DNA of 64,000 bases from an uncultured Spirochaetota bacterium (GCA_963820525.1 CAWGAA010000001.1:2656001-2720000), one strand, 5' to 3'. Positions 1 to 11,128 are shown, counted from the first letter of the stretch. The notes: generated by a model not told the origin, from the letters alone. A program made the numbers and translations.

Positions 1-1073
1 TGCTTCAAGTGCGGGAGGGGAAGCTCCTGGGCAAAGAGGTGTTCCGCGTCGAGGAATACGCAACCGCGGAGGAAACCCTTTCGCACTTCATTGCCCGCTA
101 CTACACCGAGATCACGATGAGGCCCCGGGAGATCCACGTGACCAAGCCCGTCGATGCGGAAGGCCTCTCCGCGATGCTGCGGGAGCTTTCGGGCAGGAAG
201 ATCGGGATCACCGTCCCCCAGCGGGGAAAGCACGCTCAGCTTGCCGCGATGGCGGAGGAGAACGCGCGGGAGGAAGCGGCAAAGACCGCGGCGGGGGCGG
301 ATACCGCGTTCGCCCTGGAGCGGCTTTCCCGGGAGCTGGGCCTGGCCCGGGCTCCCCGAAAGATCGAGGGCTTCGATATCGCGCATCTCGACGGAACCGA
401 CACGGTGGCCTCGATGGTCAGCTTCCGGGACGGCCGGCCCGAGCGCAAGCAGTATCGTTCTTTCACCATCAGGAGCCTCGGCGGGAAGATCGACGACTTC
501 GAGTCGATCCGGGAAGCCGTGGCGCGCCGCTATTCCCGGGTTGTCAATGAGGAGCTGGAGCGGCCGGATCTGATCCTCATCGACGGGGGAAAAGGGCAGC
601 TCGGCGCGGCCAAGGGCATCCTCGACGGGCTGGGCCTGGAGGAGATCCCTGTGATCGGCCTGGCCAAAAAGAAAGAGGAGATCTTTCTTCCCGGACAGGA
701 GGATCCCGTGGTCCTGGAAGAGGGGACCCCCGCCCTACGGATCCTTCAGGCCGTCCGCAACGAGAGCCACCGCTTCGCCACCACCCTTCACAAGAGGAAG
801 CGCGCAAAGCGGGTGAGCCTGGCGCTCCTGGAGGGGGTGCCGGGGATCGGAAAGAGGCGGAGCAAGATGCTCATGGAAGTCTTCGGCTCATTGGATGAGA
901 TCCTGGCCAGAAGCCCCGAGGAGATCTCCCGGGAGAGCGGGATCGCGATGAACATTGCCTCCGAGCTTCTCAAGCGATTGAAGGCCGCCAAAGCCTCGGC
1001 AGCCGGAGCGGAAGTGAATCGGGCTCAGATCAAAGGCCGCCACGAGCCGCGGCCTCCCCGCATCACGATGTAG
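1..1073 (+). CDS. uvrC: Excinuclease ABC subunit C, C-terminal part (5' end outside window)
   Basis: IEGFDIAH, DDFESIREAVARRY, PDLILIDGGKGQL, IGLAK, RNESHRFA and HhH GVPGIG motifs; 3' end overlaps convergent holA by 49 nt. Confidence 0.95.
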   Translation, partial: LQVREGKLLGKEVFRVEEYATAEETLSHFIARYYTEITMRPREIHVTKPVDAEGLSAMLRELSGRKIGITVPQRGKHAQLAAMAEENAREEAAKTAAGADTAFALERLSRELGLARAPRKIEGFDIAHLDGTDTVASMVSFRDGRPERKQYRSFTIRSLGGKIDDFESIREAVARRYSRVVNEELERPDLILIDGGKGQLGAAKGILDGLGLEEIPVIGLAKKKEEIFLPGQEDPVVLEEGTPALRILQAVRNESHRFATTLHKRKRAKRVSLALLEGVPGIGKRRSKMLMEVFGSLDEILARSPEEISRESGIAMNIASELLKRLKAAKASAAGAEVNRAQIKGRHEPRPPRITM

Positions 1074-2035
1074 TAGAGCATGAGATGGAGGAGCAGGGAG
1101 TGGAGGTCCGCCTTGACGGAGCGGAAGCGCGAGTCGAACTCCGCAAGGAGGAGAATCACGTCCTCGAGCTCCTGTCGGGAATAGTTCTTGTTGCCGTCGA
1201 TGTATGTGCGCTGCGCCTTTTTGGTCGTGATATTGCTCTTGGTGAAGGCCTCGGCGTTGTCGTAGTTCTCGTCGATAAGCCGTTTGAACGCGGCGAGCCT
1301 TCGAAACTGCCACAGCAGGCCGCTCACCAGCTGGGTGGCGTCGGCTTCCCGCGAGAGAAGGATCTTTTCCAGTATCTCCTCGGCTGAGAGCAGGTTTCTT
1401 GCCGAGACCTGATCGAAGAGCGTGAAAACGTTCTCCTCCTTGCTGTGGTAGATGTAGTGCTCCACGCTCTCCAGCCCCACCGCGGCGCCCGGCCCGAAGA
1501 ACAGGGCGAGCCTTTCGCACTCCGAGCGGAGATCGCGGGTGTTGTTCTCGATCATGTCGAGGAGAAAGTCGACCGCCGCCTGCTCGATCGTAATCTTGCG
1601 CTGGCGGAAGAAGTTCACGATCCATCCCGCCTTCTGGTTGTCGAACATCTCCCAGAAAACTCTCTGGCACTCCTTGGGCACCGCCGCCGCGAGCTTCTTG
1701 TCGATCTCCCGCGTGAGCTCGGAGCTCACCAGGAGGAGAGTGGCGTCCTCTGCAGGGGCCTTCAGATACTCGACGAGCGCCTCCGTGTCGTCCCTGCGCT
1801 TGATCACCTCGGCATTGGAGACGATGACCAGGCGGTGGCGGGCGAAGAGGCTCTTGTTTCTAAGCGCGGCCAGGATTTCCTGGCCGCGCGATTCGAAGGC
1901 GTAGAAGCGATGGATCTCGGGGGGCTCTCCGTTTCTCGAGGCGAGGGCGGCGGCCACCTTCTCGATGGCGTCTGCCTTCTGGCCTTCCTCGGGACCGAGG
2001 AATAGCTGGGCGGGAGGGGGGAGGCTTTCAGCCAT
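1025..2035 (-). CDS. holA: DNA polymerase III delta subunit
   Basis: LFLGPEEG start, SLFARHRLVIV, ECERLALF, ENVFTLFD; 336 aa, typical HolA layout. Confidence 0.88.
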   Translation of the reverse strand: MAESLPPPAQLFLGPEEGQKADAIEKVAAALASRNGEPPEIHRFYAFESRGQEILAALRNKSLFARHRLVIVSNAEVIKRRDDTEALVEYLKAPAEDATLLLVSSELTREIDKKLAAAVPKECQRVFWEMFDNQKAGWIVNFFRQRKITIEQAAVDFLLDMIENNTRDLRSECERLALFFGPGAAVGLESVEHYIYHSKEENVFTLFDQVSARNLLSAEEILEKILLSREADATQLVSGLLWQFRRLAAFKRLIDENYDNAEAFTKSNITTKKAQRTYIDGNKNYSRQELEDVILLLAEFDSRFRSVKADLHSLLLHLMLYYIVMRGGRGSWRPLI

Positions 2036-2636
2036 AGCGTCTCATGAGGAAGGAGAGCTTGCCGAGGATGCGCACGTTCTGCGTGAAGAGGGGCGGGTAC
2101 TTCGGGTTTTCGGCCTTGAGACGGATCCTGCTTTTCTCTTCGAAGAAGCGCTTGAGGGTTACCGCCTCATCCACCATGGCCACGACGATGTCGCCGTTGT
2201 CGGCGGTGTTCTGATGCGCCACGACGACAACGTCTCCGTCCATGATTCCCGCATCGCTCATGCTGTCGCCCTTGACCTGGAGGGCGAAGTGGGCGGCCTT
2301 GGAGATGCACTCGGCGGGGACCTGAACGTAGCCCTGGAAGTTCTCCTCGGCGAAGAGGGGCTTGCCTGCCGCGACATTGCCCAGGAGGGGGACCGAGATC
2401 AGCCGCGTCTCCTTCTCCGCTTCCGCCTCTGCGGTGACTTCGATGGCGCGGGAGCGGTTTTCGTGGCAGCGCAGGAAGCCCTTCTTCTCCAGGGCCTTCA
2501 CGTGGTCATAGCTGCCCTTGATCGAGAACTGAAAGCCGGTGGCGATCTCGCGGATGGTGGGCGGATAGCGGTTGGTCCGGATGAACTGCCGGATGAAGTC
2601 GTAGACCTCCCGCTGGCGCGCCGTCAAGCCCTTCAT
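2028..2636 (-). CDS. lexA: SOS repressor LexA
   Basis: LTARQ...YPPTIREI wHTH, Ala-Gly site (VAAGKP), catalytic Ser (GDSM) and Lys (TLKR). Confidence 0.95.
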   Translation of the reverse strand: MKGLTARQREVYDFIRQFIRTNRYPPTIREIATGFQFSIKGSYDHVKALEKKGFLRCHENRSRAIEVTAEAEAEKETRLISVPLLGNVAAGKPLFAEENFQGYVQVPAECISKAAHFALQVKGDSMSDAGIMDGDVVVVAHQNTADNGDIVVAMVDEAVTLKRFFEEKSRIRLKAENPKYPPLFTQNVRILGKLSFLMRRYG

Positions 2637-4012
2637 GCGTTTTCCCGCTGCTTTTCCACGGTGATTTTCAACTTCTTCATCTTGCTGTGGAGGTTGCTTG
2701 CGTACACGCCGAGCGCCTCCGCCGTGCGGGAGATGTTTCCGCCGTTCTCCCGCAGCTTTTCCCGTATCAGATCCCGCTCGAAGCGGTCCCGCGCCTCGGA
2801 GAGCGGGAGGGCGCCGTAATCCGCCAGCAGTCCGCTGGGCTCCTCCCGCCGCGAGCCGCCGAGGAACGCCCTCACCGACGCGGCCGATATCACGGGCTCT
2901 TCGGTCATGATATTAACCCTCTCCACGAAATTTTTCAATTCCCGGATATTGCCCGGCCAGTGGTAGTCGCAGAGAATCTTCAGCCCCTCGGCAGAGAGCT
3001 TCCGGGGCTCCTGCTCGGACGGCCTCTTGAATTTCGAAAGGAAGTAGGAGGCGAGATCGGGCAGGTCCTCACGCCGCTCGCGCAGGGGGGGCACGACGAT
3101 GGGAACCACGTTGATGCGGAAGAACAGGTCCTCGCGGAACTTTCCCTTCCCGATCATCTCCTTGACGTCCTTGTTGGTGGCTGAGATGACCCGCACGTCC
3201 ACCCCGATGGAATCCTCTCCTCCGATCCTCTCGAAGCGCATCTCCTGAAGGACGCGAAGCACCTTGGCCTGGGTGGCGAGGGACATGTCGGCGATCTCGT
3301 CGAGGAAGAGGGTGCCCTTGTCGGCGAGCTCGAACTTGCCCCGTCGGCGCTGGAGCGCGCTCGTAAAGGCGCCCTTCTCGTGTCCGAAGAGCTCGCTCTC
3401 GATGAGCGTTTCTGGGATGGCGGCGCAGTTCACCTCCACGAAGGGTCCCTCGGCCCGCCTGCTGGTGCGGTGGATCTCCTTGGCAACGAGCTCCTTGCCC
3501 GTGCCGTTCTCCCCAAGGATCAGGATGCGGGAATCGCTTGCGGCGGCCTGCTCGATGAGCTCCCGCACCTTTTTCATGGGAGGGCTCTCTCCGACCATGC
3601 GGTCTTCGATGAAGAGGCTGTTCTTGAGCGTCCGGTTCTCCTTCTTCAGCACCTCCAGCTGGAGGGCGTTCCGCACCACGGTGATGGTCTTGTCGAGGGA
3701 GAGAGGCTTCTCGAGAAAGTCGAAGGCGCCGATCTTCACGGCCTGGACGGCGAGGTTGATGTTGGCATGGCCCGAGATCATGATGACCTCGACGTCGGGA
3801 AATTCTTCCCGAACCCGCTTCAGCACGTCGATCCCGCCCATGTTTGGCAGCCACACGTCGAGGAACACGAGGTCCACGGGATTGGAGGCGAGCTGGGACA
3901 GACCGTCGAGACCGTCCTCGGCCGTGAGGACCGTGTATCCCTCGTCCTGAAGCACGTCCTTGAGCACGGCGCGGATCCCCGGCTCATCGTCGATGATGAG
4001 GATGGCGCTCAT
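2633..4012 (-). CDS. Sigma-54-dependent response regulator (REC-AAA+-HTH), NtrX/NtrC-like
   Basis: REC domain (IIDDE, LDVWLP), GENGTGKE Walker [24 protein letters not shown], Fis-type HTH. Confidence 0.93.
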   Translation of the reverse strand: MSAILIIDDEPGIRAVLKDVLQDEGYTVLTAEDGLDGLSQLASNPVDLVFLDVWLPNMGGIDVLKRVREEFPDVEVIMISGHANINLAVQAVKIGAFDFLEKPLSLDKTITVVRNALQLEVLKKENRTLKNSLFIEDRMVGESPPMKKVRELIEQAAASDSRILILGENGTGKELVAKEIHRTSRRAEGPFVEVNCAAIPETLIESELFGHEKGAFTSALQRRRGKFELADKGTLFLDEIADMSLATQAKVLRVLQEMRFERIGGEDSIGVDVRVISATNKDVKEMIGKGKFREDLFFRINVVPIVVPPLRERREDLPDLASYFLSKFKRPSEQEPRKLSAEGLKILCDYHWPGNIRELKNFVERVNIMTEEPVISAASVRAFLGGSRREEPSGLLADYGALPLSEARDRFERDLIREKLRENGGNISRTAEALGVYASNLHSKMKKLKITVEKQRENA

Positions 4013-5818
4013 TCAGGCTCCCATGGGAAGGTCGATGAAGAATGTGGTCCCGACGTTCTTCTCGCTCTCGGCCCACACGTTGCCGTTGTGGTCGAAGACG
4101 ATGCGCTGAACGATGGCAAGCCCCAATCCTGTCCCGTCCTTCTTCGTGGTGAAGTATGGGTCGAAAATCCGTTCCATGTCATTCCTGTCTATCCCGGCTC
4201 CCGTATCGCTCACCGCGATCCGGTAGAACGCGGCATGGCCCTTTCGCACGGGATCCGCCCTCACCGAGAGAAGCCCGCCGGCCGGCATTGCCTGTATCGC
4301 GTTCTTGAAGAGGTTGGCGAATACCCGCTTCATCTGGTTCTTGTCCACGTTGAGCATGATGGAATCGCTCACCTCTTCCATATCGAAGCGGACCGTTCCC
4401 GAGAGCGTATTATATACCGATGCGACCTCCCAGATCATATCCCGCAGGCTGGTGGGCTTGGGCTGCGGGACGGGGAGCTTGGCGAACTCGCCGAACTCCC
4501 GCAGGAGCTTTTCCAGGTTCTCCACCTCCTGAATGATGGCGGACACGGAGCCGTGGAGAACGGAGGCGAAATCGTCGGGGGTCTCCGCCTGCAATTGCCC
4601 TTCCTGCGCGCGCTCGGCGGCGAGCGCGTCCCCGTGCCTCTTGAGGATCCGCTGGGCGGAGAGCTTGATCGGCGTCAGCGGGTTCCTGATCTCGTGGGCC
4701 AGCCGCTGGGCGATCTCCTGCCATGCCGTGATCCTCTCCGCCTGGAGGAGCTTCTTGCGGGAGTGGTCCAGCTCCGCGATCATCATGTTGAAGGAGTCCA
4801 CGAGGTTGGCGAGCTCGTCCCGCGAACGGGTGAGGATCCTGAAGGAAAAGTCTCCCTCGGCGATCCTCTGGGTGGCCTGCTCGAGATTGACGATGGGGCT
4901 CATGATCCGCTCTGTGAGAAGGAGGCTCACGAGGACCGTAATGATGAAGATGGGCAGGGAGAAGAGGAAGAAGAAGGCCACGAGCACGATCTGGAAAAGC
5001 TCCCGATAGCGGTCGAGCTGGCTGAAGACGGTGAGGGTGCCGGTGAGCTGGCGGGCGTTGCTCACCAGGTCCCGGGAGATGAGGGTGCTGAAGACCGCGA
5101 CGTAGCGTTTGCCGCCGAAGGAGAGCGGCCGCACGTCGCGCAGGATGCTCACCTCCTGCCGGTCTTCCCGCTGGCTCCCCTGCGAGCCCTTCACGAGGGA
5201 GAAGTCTCCCAGGCGCGCGCGCTCGTCACCCCGATAGCCGATGAGCCTGCCGTCCGCCGTGTAGAGCTGGATTGCGTCGATGCCGCTGTTGAGGCTCTGG
5301 ATCGTCCTCCAGGTGCGCTCGGGGTTCGAAGCGAACTCCGCGACGATGGGAACCACGGCCTGGCCCTCGGCAAAGGAGCTCAAGTTGCGCACCTTTTCCT
5401 GGTACGAGCTCATGGAGATGTGGGAAGCCCCCTTGAGGGCGTCTCCGATCGCCTTGCTGAACCACGTGCCCATGGCCGAGTTGATGAAGGTGACGGCGAG
5501 CACCCCCTGGGGAACCGCGGAGAGGAGCGAGATGAGGATGAAGAACATCGTGAGGCGCAGCTTCAACGCCGCCCCGGGCTTCCGCTGGGTTCTCTGGCGC
5601 AGGAGACGGGTGATCTGGAATATCACCAATCCCAGAAGAATCAGGGGAAGCCCGCCCGCCACCACGAGGGCCAGCGTGTTGGCCGCGGGATTTGCCGTGG
5701 AGATGTTGGTGATGAGGGCGCGGGAGAAGACGATGATCCCGCCGATGAGAAGCATGAAGATGAGAATGAGCACGAGGATGCCCCGCGTGGAGTTCTCTAC
5801 CGGTGTCGAGCTTCTCAC
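4013..5818 (-). CDS. Membrane sensor histidine kinase with HAMP, NtrY-like
   Basis: Several N-terminal TM helices, HAMP (SRDELANLVDSFN), AWQEIAQRLAHEIRNPLTPI H-box, YFTTKKDGTGLGL. Confidence 0.92.
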   Translation of the reverse strand: MRSSTPVENSTRGILVLILIFMLLIGGIIVFSRALITNISTANPAANTLALVVAGGLPLILLGLVIFQITRLLRQRTQRKPGAALKLRLTMFFILISLLSAVPQGVLAVTFINSAMGTWFSKAIGDALKGASHISMSSYQEKVRNLSSFAEGQAVVPIVAEFASNPERTWRTIQSLNSGIDAIQLYTADGRLIGYRGDERARLGDFSLVKGSQGSQREDRQEVSILRDVRPLSFGGKRYVAVFSTLISRDLVSNARQLTGTLTVFSQLDRYRELFQIVLVAFFFLFSLPIFIITVLVSLLLTERIMSPIVNLEQATQRIAEGDFSFRILTRSRDELANLVDSFNMMIAELDHSRKKLLQAERITAWQEIAQRLAHEIRNPLTPIKLSAQRILKRHGDALAAERAQEGQLQAETPDDFASVLHGSVSAIIQEVENLEKLLREFGEFAKLPVPQPKPTSLRDMIWEVASVYNTLSGTVRFDMEEVSDSIMLNVDKNQMKRVFANLFKNAIQAMPAGGLLSVRADPVRKGHAAFYRIAVSDTGAGIDRNDMERIFDPYFTTKKDGTGLGLAIVQRIVFDHNGNVWAESEKNVGTTFFIDLPMGA

Positions 5819-6417
5819 CGCGGCGCCACCTTTCCCATGACCCAGGGGCTCGTGTAGGTTCCCGTCGCTCCGATGAGCGACACGATTGTCAGGGGCGGCA
5901 TGAGCCGCACGGGATCGAACTGGACCCGCGCCGTCACGAAGGGAGAGCGCAGCCTGGCCCGAGAATCCAGGGCGATTCCCGTCCAGGAGAAAAATCCGTT
6001 GATGAGATCCTCCGGCCGGTCGAATGACCGTCTCCCGCCCCCCTCCGATTCGACGATGTATTTGTGCTCCAGGAAATCATAGAAGGCGCTCTGGGAAATG
6101 CTCTTTTCCACGACCAGCGAGTTCTCGAGGAACGGGAGAGCCGCCGGCCGTTTCTCGAAGAGCCGCAGGGTGAATGTGATGCGCGACTCCAGGCCGTCCT
6201 GCAGCGCGGAGAGAAGCTCCTCCTGCCGCTCCCAGCGGAACGCCACGTCCGCCCGCACAATGCCCTCTGCGACCGAAACGGTGAGCTTCACATCCTGGGC
6301 ACCGACGGGTGCGGGGAAAAGAATGACCAGGGCCGCGCAGAGGAGCCGCAGGCCCGCCGTTCTTTGCGCCCTATTCCTCCTCGAACTTGCTTTCGAATAG
6401 CTTTTCAATGGCGTCAA
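5815..6417 (-). CDS. Exported protein, DUF4390-like; start uncertain (TTG overlapping ptsH)
   Basis: Signal-peptide-like hydrophobic segment, LQDGLESRITFTLRL; directly upstream of an NtrY/NtrX-like pair as DUF4390 genes usually are. Confidence 0.6.
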   Translation of the reverse strand: MTPLKSYSKASSRRNRAQRTAGLRLLCAALVILFPAPVGAQDVKLTVSVAEGIVRADVAFRWERQEELLSALQDGLESRITFTLRLFEKRPAALPFLENSLVVEKSISQSAFYDFLEHKYIVESEGGGRRSFDRPEDLINGFFSWTGIALDSRARLRSPFVTARVQFDPVRLMPPLTIVSLIGATGTYTSPWVMGKVAPR

Positions 6418-6637
6418 GGGCCTCCACTTCGTCGGGTCCGTCGGCGATGATCTTCAGCGGGGTATCATAGGTAGCCCCGAGGGTGATGACGCCCATGATC
6501 GATTTCCCGTTGACCCTCTCGCTGTCCTTTTCCAGAAAGATCTGGGATTGAAAGGAGCTCGCCGTTTTCACCAAAAGCGCCGCCGGCCGGGCGTGCATGC
6601 CCGCGCGGTTTCTGATCGTTACAGTGCGCTCCACCAT
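6371..6637 (-). CDS. ptsH: Phosphocarrier protein HPr
   Basis: GMHARPAA (His15) and GKSIMGV (Ser46); 88 aa. Confidence 0.96.
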   Translation of the reverse strand: MVERTVTIRNRAGMHARPAALLVKTASSFQSQIFLEKDSERVNGKSIMGVITLGATYDTPLKIIADGPDEVEALDAIEKLFESKFEEE

Positions 6638-6643
6638 GTCTCC

Positions 6644-7636
<993 letters not shown>

Positions 7637-7666
7637 ATCACTTCCTTGCGGCGGGCGGGGAGCGCC

Positions 7667-7990
7667 CTACTCCTCAACGGTTGGAGCCGCTTCCTTTTTC
7701 CGATGATCCTGGATTTTCGATTTCTCCTTTTCTATCTTGGCCTCCAGCTTGTCGAAGAGGGAATCGATGCCCTGATAGAGATCGAAGCCGTCGATTCCGA
7801 CGTGAACCGATGTCCCCCAGCGGAAGTTGATGGTCGCCTCGAACTTATAGAGGCTCTTCTCCTTGGCGAAGTTGATCAGGAAGTCAACGATGTGGTCCTT
7901 GGCGAAGTCGAGCCTCTGCATTTTCTTGTCAACGTAGCTTTTTATCTTCTCGTTCACCGCGAGGTGGATGCCCTTGATCTCGACGTTCAT
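7667..7990 (-). CDS. hpf: Ribosome hibernation factor (short HPF/RaiA family)
   Basis: MNVEIKGIHL...YVDKKM...DLYQGIDSLFDKLE; ATG overlaps rpoN stop (ATGA); the ORF-track extension to 8395 is not used. Confidence 0.88.
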   Translation of the reverse strand: MNVEIKGIHLAVNEKIKSYVDKKMQRLDFAKDHIVDFLINFAKEKSLYKFEATINFRWGTSVHVGIDGFDLYQGIDSLFDKLEAKIEKEKSKIQDHRKKEAAPTVEE

Positions 7991-9378
7991 ACGTGCCTCC
8001 TCTGATAGGATGAATCGATGTCCAGCTCGCCGCGGTATTTCGCGGCCGTGCGCCGCGCGATGCGGATCCCCCGGTTGGCCAGGATCTCGACGATCTTCTG
8101 GTCCGAAAGACCCTTTTCGCCGCCTTCCTGTTGGATGATTTCCCGGATGATCTCCTTGACGCCCTCCTTGGAGAAGCGCGAGTCGGACGAGCCCGGCCCC
8201 GCTATCGAGTTTGAAAAGAAATGCTTCAGCGCGAAAATACCCCATTCTGTCTGCATGTGCTTGGAGGAGGTGATGCGGGAGACGGTGGCCTCGTGCACGC
8301 CGATCTCCTTGGCGATGTCCTTCAATGTGAGCGGCTTCAGGTACTTGGGGCCCTTGAGAAAGAACTCCCTTTGAAACTCGACGATCGCCCGACACACCTT
8401 CGCGAGCGTTGCGTTCCTCTGGGCAACGCTCCTGATGAACCAGCGTGCGTTCTGGAGATTCGTGGCCAGGAACTGCCGCACCTGCGGGTCCTTGCCCCGG
8501 GTGCGCTCCTTGGACATCTTCTCGAAGAGCGGGTTGATTCCGAGCACGGGGATCATCTCGTCATTCAAAATAAGCACGAACTCACCCTCGTGCAATCTGA
8601 CCTGGACGTCGGGGATCACGTAGCGGGGCACTTCGCGCGAGTAGCTTCGGCCCGGCAGGGGATCCAGGCTCTTGATGAAGGCGATGATCGTCTTCAGCTC
8701 ATCCTCCGTCACCTTCATCGCCTTCTGGATCTCCTTGTACTTTCTCTTCTCGAGGGCCTCGAAATGCTTTTCCACCAGCTCGGCCGCCCGGGGATGGCGA
8801 TCGGGGCGGGCGGCTATCTGCACGAGAAGGCTCTCACAGAAATCCTTCACGCAGATTCCGATGGGATCGAACCCCTGGACCAGGGCGAGAACCTTCGGCA
8901 ACAGCTGCCTTTCCTGGTCAGTCTTGACCAGGAGCTCCGGCGGCTCCCGGTGGAAGCCGTTCTCGTCGAGGTTCCTGATGAGAAGCTCCCCGACCCGCCG
9001 CTCCTCTTCCGTGATCGGCTGCAGGGCAAGCAGCCACAGGAGGTGGTCCTGGAGGCTCTCGGGCTGGGAGAGTACCCCCTCCATGAACTGTCGTTTGGCG
9101 TCGCTCGCCGCCTCGGCGTCGGCCCGGGAGTATCCAGAATCCGAGGAGTGGTCGAAGAAGTCGCCCTCGTCCATCCCCTTTTCCCTCTGGGGCATGGAGT
9201 CGAGGGAAACCGTGGTGTTGTCTTCTTCGGCCTGGAGCGCCGGATTTTTCTCCAGCTCTTCCTCGATCGTCGTCTTCAAATCCTGGAGGGGAAGCGCCAT
9301 GAGCCGGACAGCCTGGTAGAGCTGCGGCGTCATCTTGAGCTTCTGGACCTGTTTCAGGACCGGTCTCTGGGTTTGCAC
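7987..9378 (-). CDS. rpoN: RNA polymerase sigma-54 factor
   Basis: Q/L-rich region I, LKPLTLKDIA, HEATVSR, RpoN box ARRTAAKYR; GGAGGAGG SD before GTG. Confidence 0.96.
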   Translation of the reverse strand: MQTQRPVLKQVQKLKMTPQLYQAVRLMALPLQDLKTTIEEELEKNPALQAEEDNTTVSLDSMPQREKGMDEGDFFDHSSDSGYSRADAEAASDAKRQFMEGVLSQPESLQDHLLWLLALQPITEEERRVGELLIRNLDENGFHREPPELLVKTDQERQLLPKVLALVQGFDPIGICVKDFCESLLVQIAARPDRHPRAAELVEKHFEALEKRKYKEIQKAMKVTEDELKTIIAFIKSLDPLPGRSYSREVPRYVIPDVQVRLHEGEFVLILNDEMIPVLGINPLFEKMSKERTRGKDPQVRQFLATNLQNARWFIRSVAQRNATLAKVCRAIVEFQREFFLKGPKYLKPLTLKDIAKEIGVHEATVSRITSSKHMQTEWGIFALKHFFSNSIAGPGSSDSRFSKEGVKEIIREIIQQEGGEKGLSDQKIVEILANRGIRIARRTAAKYRGELDIDSSYQRRHV

Positions 9379-9406
9379 TCCTCCTCCGGGCTTCTCTCCA
9401 CAGTCG

Positions 9407-9436
9407 ATTGTGAAGCACGCTCACGGGGTTTGTCAA
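9407..9436 (-). promoter_or_regulatory. Sigma-70-type promoter for the rpoN...holA run
   Basis: TTGACA-N18-CACAAT on the minus strand upstream of rpoN. Confidence 0.6.
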
Positions 9437-9449
9437 TGTTTATGATATC

Positions 9450-9582
9450 CCGGCTGCCGCCTTAGATCCGGCTGCCGCCGTCCATGGCGCCTGGAAGCTC
9501 GCTGCGCTCGCTGGCAGCACCGCCAGCCCTTCCGCCCTCCCAGCGGCGTTTTTCTCGCTTCGCTCGAAAAGCCGCCGCAGGA
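9450..9582. repeat. REP-like composite palindromic element between lptB and the rpoN promoter
   Basis: ccggctgccgcc x2, cgccGTCCATggcg hairpin, ctcgctgcgctcg; 9532-9577 matches the reverse complement of 52720-52765 at 43/46 positions. Confidence 0.75.
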
Positions 9583-10317
9583 CTAGATCTGGAACTCCTC
9601 GCCGAGGTAGATCCTGCGGGCAATCTCGCTTTCCAGGAGCTCCTCCTTGGTGCCGCTCACCAGGATCTCGCCATGGTTGATGATGTGGGAGCGGTGCGTG
9701 ATCTGGAGGGTGTCGCGCACGTTGTGGTCCGTGATGAGAACGCCGATGCCTTTCGCCGAAAGCTCCTGGACGATCCTTTTGATCTCGGAAACGGCGATGG
9801 GGTCGATGCCCGCGAACGGCTCGTCGAGGAGCAGGAACTTGGGCTCGATGGCCAGGGACCGCGCGATCTCGGTCCTGCGCCGCTCTCCTCCAGACAGGGT
9901 GTACGCCTTCTGCCTTCGAAGCTGCTTGATTCCCAGCTCGTCCAGGAGTTCGTCCAGGAGCATGCGTTTTTCGGCTTGGGTGAGGGTGTTTCTCGTCTCG
10001 AGGATCGCGGCGATGTTGTCCTCGACGCTGAGCTTGCGGAATACGGACGGCTCCTGGGGGAGGTAGGAAATTCCCATGCGGGCGCGCTTGAACATGGGGA
10101 GAGCCGAGATGTCCTTCCCGTCGAGGTAGATCTTGCCCGAGGTGGGGTGGATGAATCCCACGACCATGTAGAAGACGGTCGTCTTTCCGGCGCCATTGGG
10201 GCCGAGGAGCCCGACAACCTCGCCGCTTTCCATGCTGAAGGTGACCTCGCGGACCGCCTGTTTTTTGCCGAAAAACTTGACCAGTCCTTCCAGGGAGAGG
10301 GTGCCCCTACCGATCAA
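9583..10317 (-). CDS. lptB: LPS export ABC transporter ATP-binding protein
   Basis: GLLGPNGAGKTT, YLPQEPSVFRKL, LSGGERRRTEIAR, LLDEPFAGIDP, ITDHNVR, YLGEEF; TTG start after AAGGGGG. Confidence 0.95.
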   Translation of the reverse strand: MIGRGTLSLEGLVKFFGKKQAVREVTFSMESGEVVGLLGPNGAGKTTVFYMVVGFIHPTSGKIYLDGKDISALPMFKRARMGISYLPQEPSVFRKLSVEDNIAAILETRNTLTQAEKRMLLDELLDELGIKQLRRQKAYTLSGGERRRTEIARSLAIEPKFLLLDEPFAGIDPIAVSEIKRIVQELSAKGIGVLITDHNVRDTLQITHRSHIINHGEILVSGTKEELLESEIARRIYLGEEFQI

Positions 10318-11128
10318 CGCCGCCCCCTTGCGGGGAGACGGGCGGCTGCTGGGGAGCGGGGGCGCCGCCCTCAGGCGCGGGAGTGGGCTGGGGAGTCGTG
10401 GCGCCGCCCTCAGGCGCGGGAGTGGCGGCTCCCGGCGATGCCGGCTTGGTTTCCGGAGCAGCCGGTCCCCCTTGAGCGGGCGGCGAGCCGCTTCCGCTCT
10501 GCTGCCCTGTGGCGATCTGGCCCATGACATCCCCCTGGAGCGCGATATCCTCGGTGTCGAGGTTGACCGTGATCCGCGCGGCGCGGTACTCGTCGCCTTT
10601 TCGGGACACCCAGGGCAGCCCGGAAAGCTCCAGGGTTTTTTTCTCACGGTCGTAGCGCGCGAACTCGGACCTGCAGACCAGGTCCTTCTTGAGGATGCGC
10701 ACGCCGATCTGCACAACGGTGAGCTGCTCGTTGTCCCTGTCCTCGATGAAGCCGCCCTTCACTACCAGCTCGTTCTTGAGATCCGTCATCACCGCGTTGC
10801 CGCTGATCCTGGCGATCTTCTGCTGCCTGTCGTAGAAAAGCTCCTCGCTTGCGAGCTCCATGCCCCTCTTCGTGTTGACGATCTTCACGTTGCCGGAGCA
10901 TTGGGCGTAGATGAAGTCCTTGCCGTACAGCTCGATCCTGTCCGCGCGGATCACCGTGTCTTCCGTCTCCACCCGCGCATGACCCGAGAGCACGGCCCGT
11001 TGATTGCCCTCCGCCAGGACCGTCGTCATGCTGTCTCCGGAATACGTAAGGGAGCTGGCGGCGTGAAGCGGCGTGAGGGGGAGAATCATCGCAAGCAGGG
11101 CCGCGAGCCTACTTCTCTTCATAGACAT
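10307..11128 (-). CDS. lptA: LptA/OstA-like periplasmic protein with Pro/Ala/Gly-rich C-terminal tail
   Basis: Signal peptide, beta-jellyroll-like repeats (LSGHARV, IRADRIEL, SGNVKI, ISGNAVM); lies between lptC and lptB. Confidence 0.78.
   Translation of the reverse strand: MSMKRSRLAALLAMILPLTPLHAASSLTYSGDSMTTVLAEGNQRAVLSGHARVETEDTVIRADRIELYGKDFIYAQCSGNVKIVNTKRGMELASEELFYDRQQKIARISGNAVMTDLKNELVVKGGFIEDRDNEQLTVVQIGVRILKKDLVCRSEFARYDREKKTLELSGLPWVSRKGDEYRAARITVNLDTEDIALQGDVMGQIATGQQSGSGSPPAQGGPAAPETKPASPGAATPAPEGGATTPQPTPAPEGGAPAPQQPPVSPQGGGVDR
10361..10425. repeat. 26-bp exact direct repeat (39-bp period) encoding TPAPEGGA twice
   Basis: ggcgccgccctcaggcgcgggagtgg at 10361-10386 and 10400-10425. 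Confidence 0.9.

Noticed and set aside
3380..5857. 825-aa plus-strand ORF
   Set aside because: Antisense shadow of the kinase and activator genes; typical of GC-rich DNA, no motifs
7991..8395. Apparent N-terminal extensions on hpf (and likewise lptB, cheR, nfi, GNAT, MCP, VIT1, acyl-CoA synthetase)
   Set aside because: They overlap neighbouring genes; downstream starts with an SD, a promoter or stop-start coupling fit family lengths better
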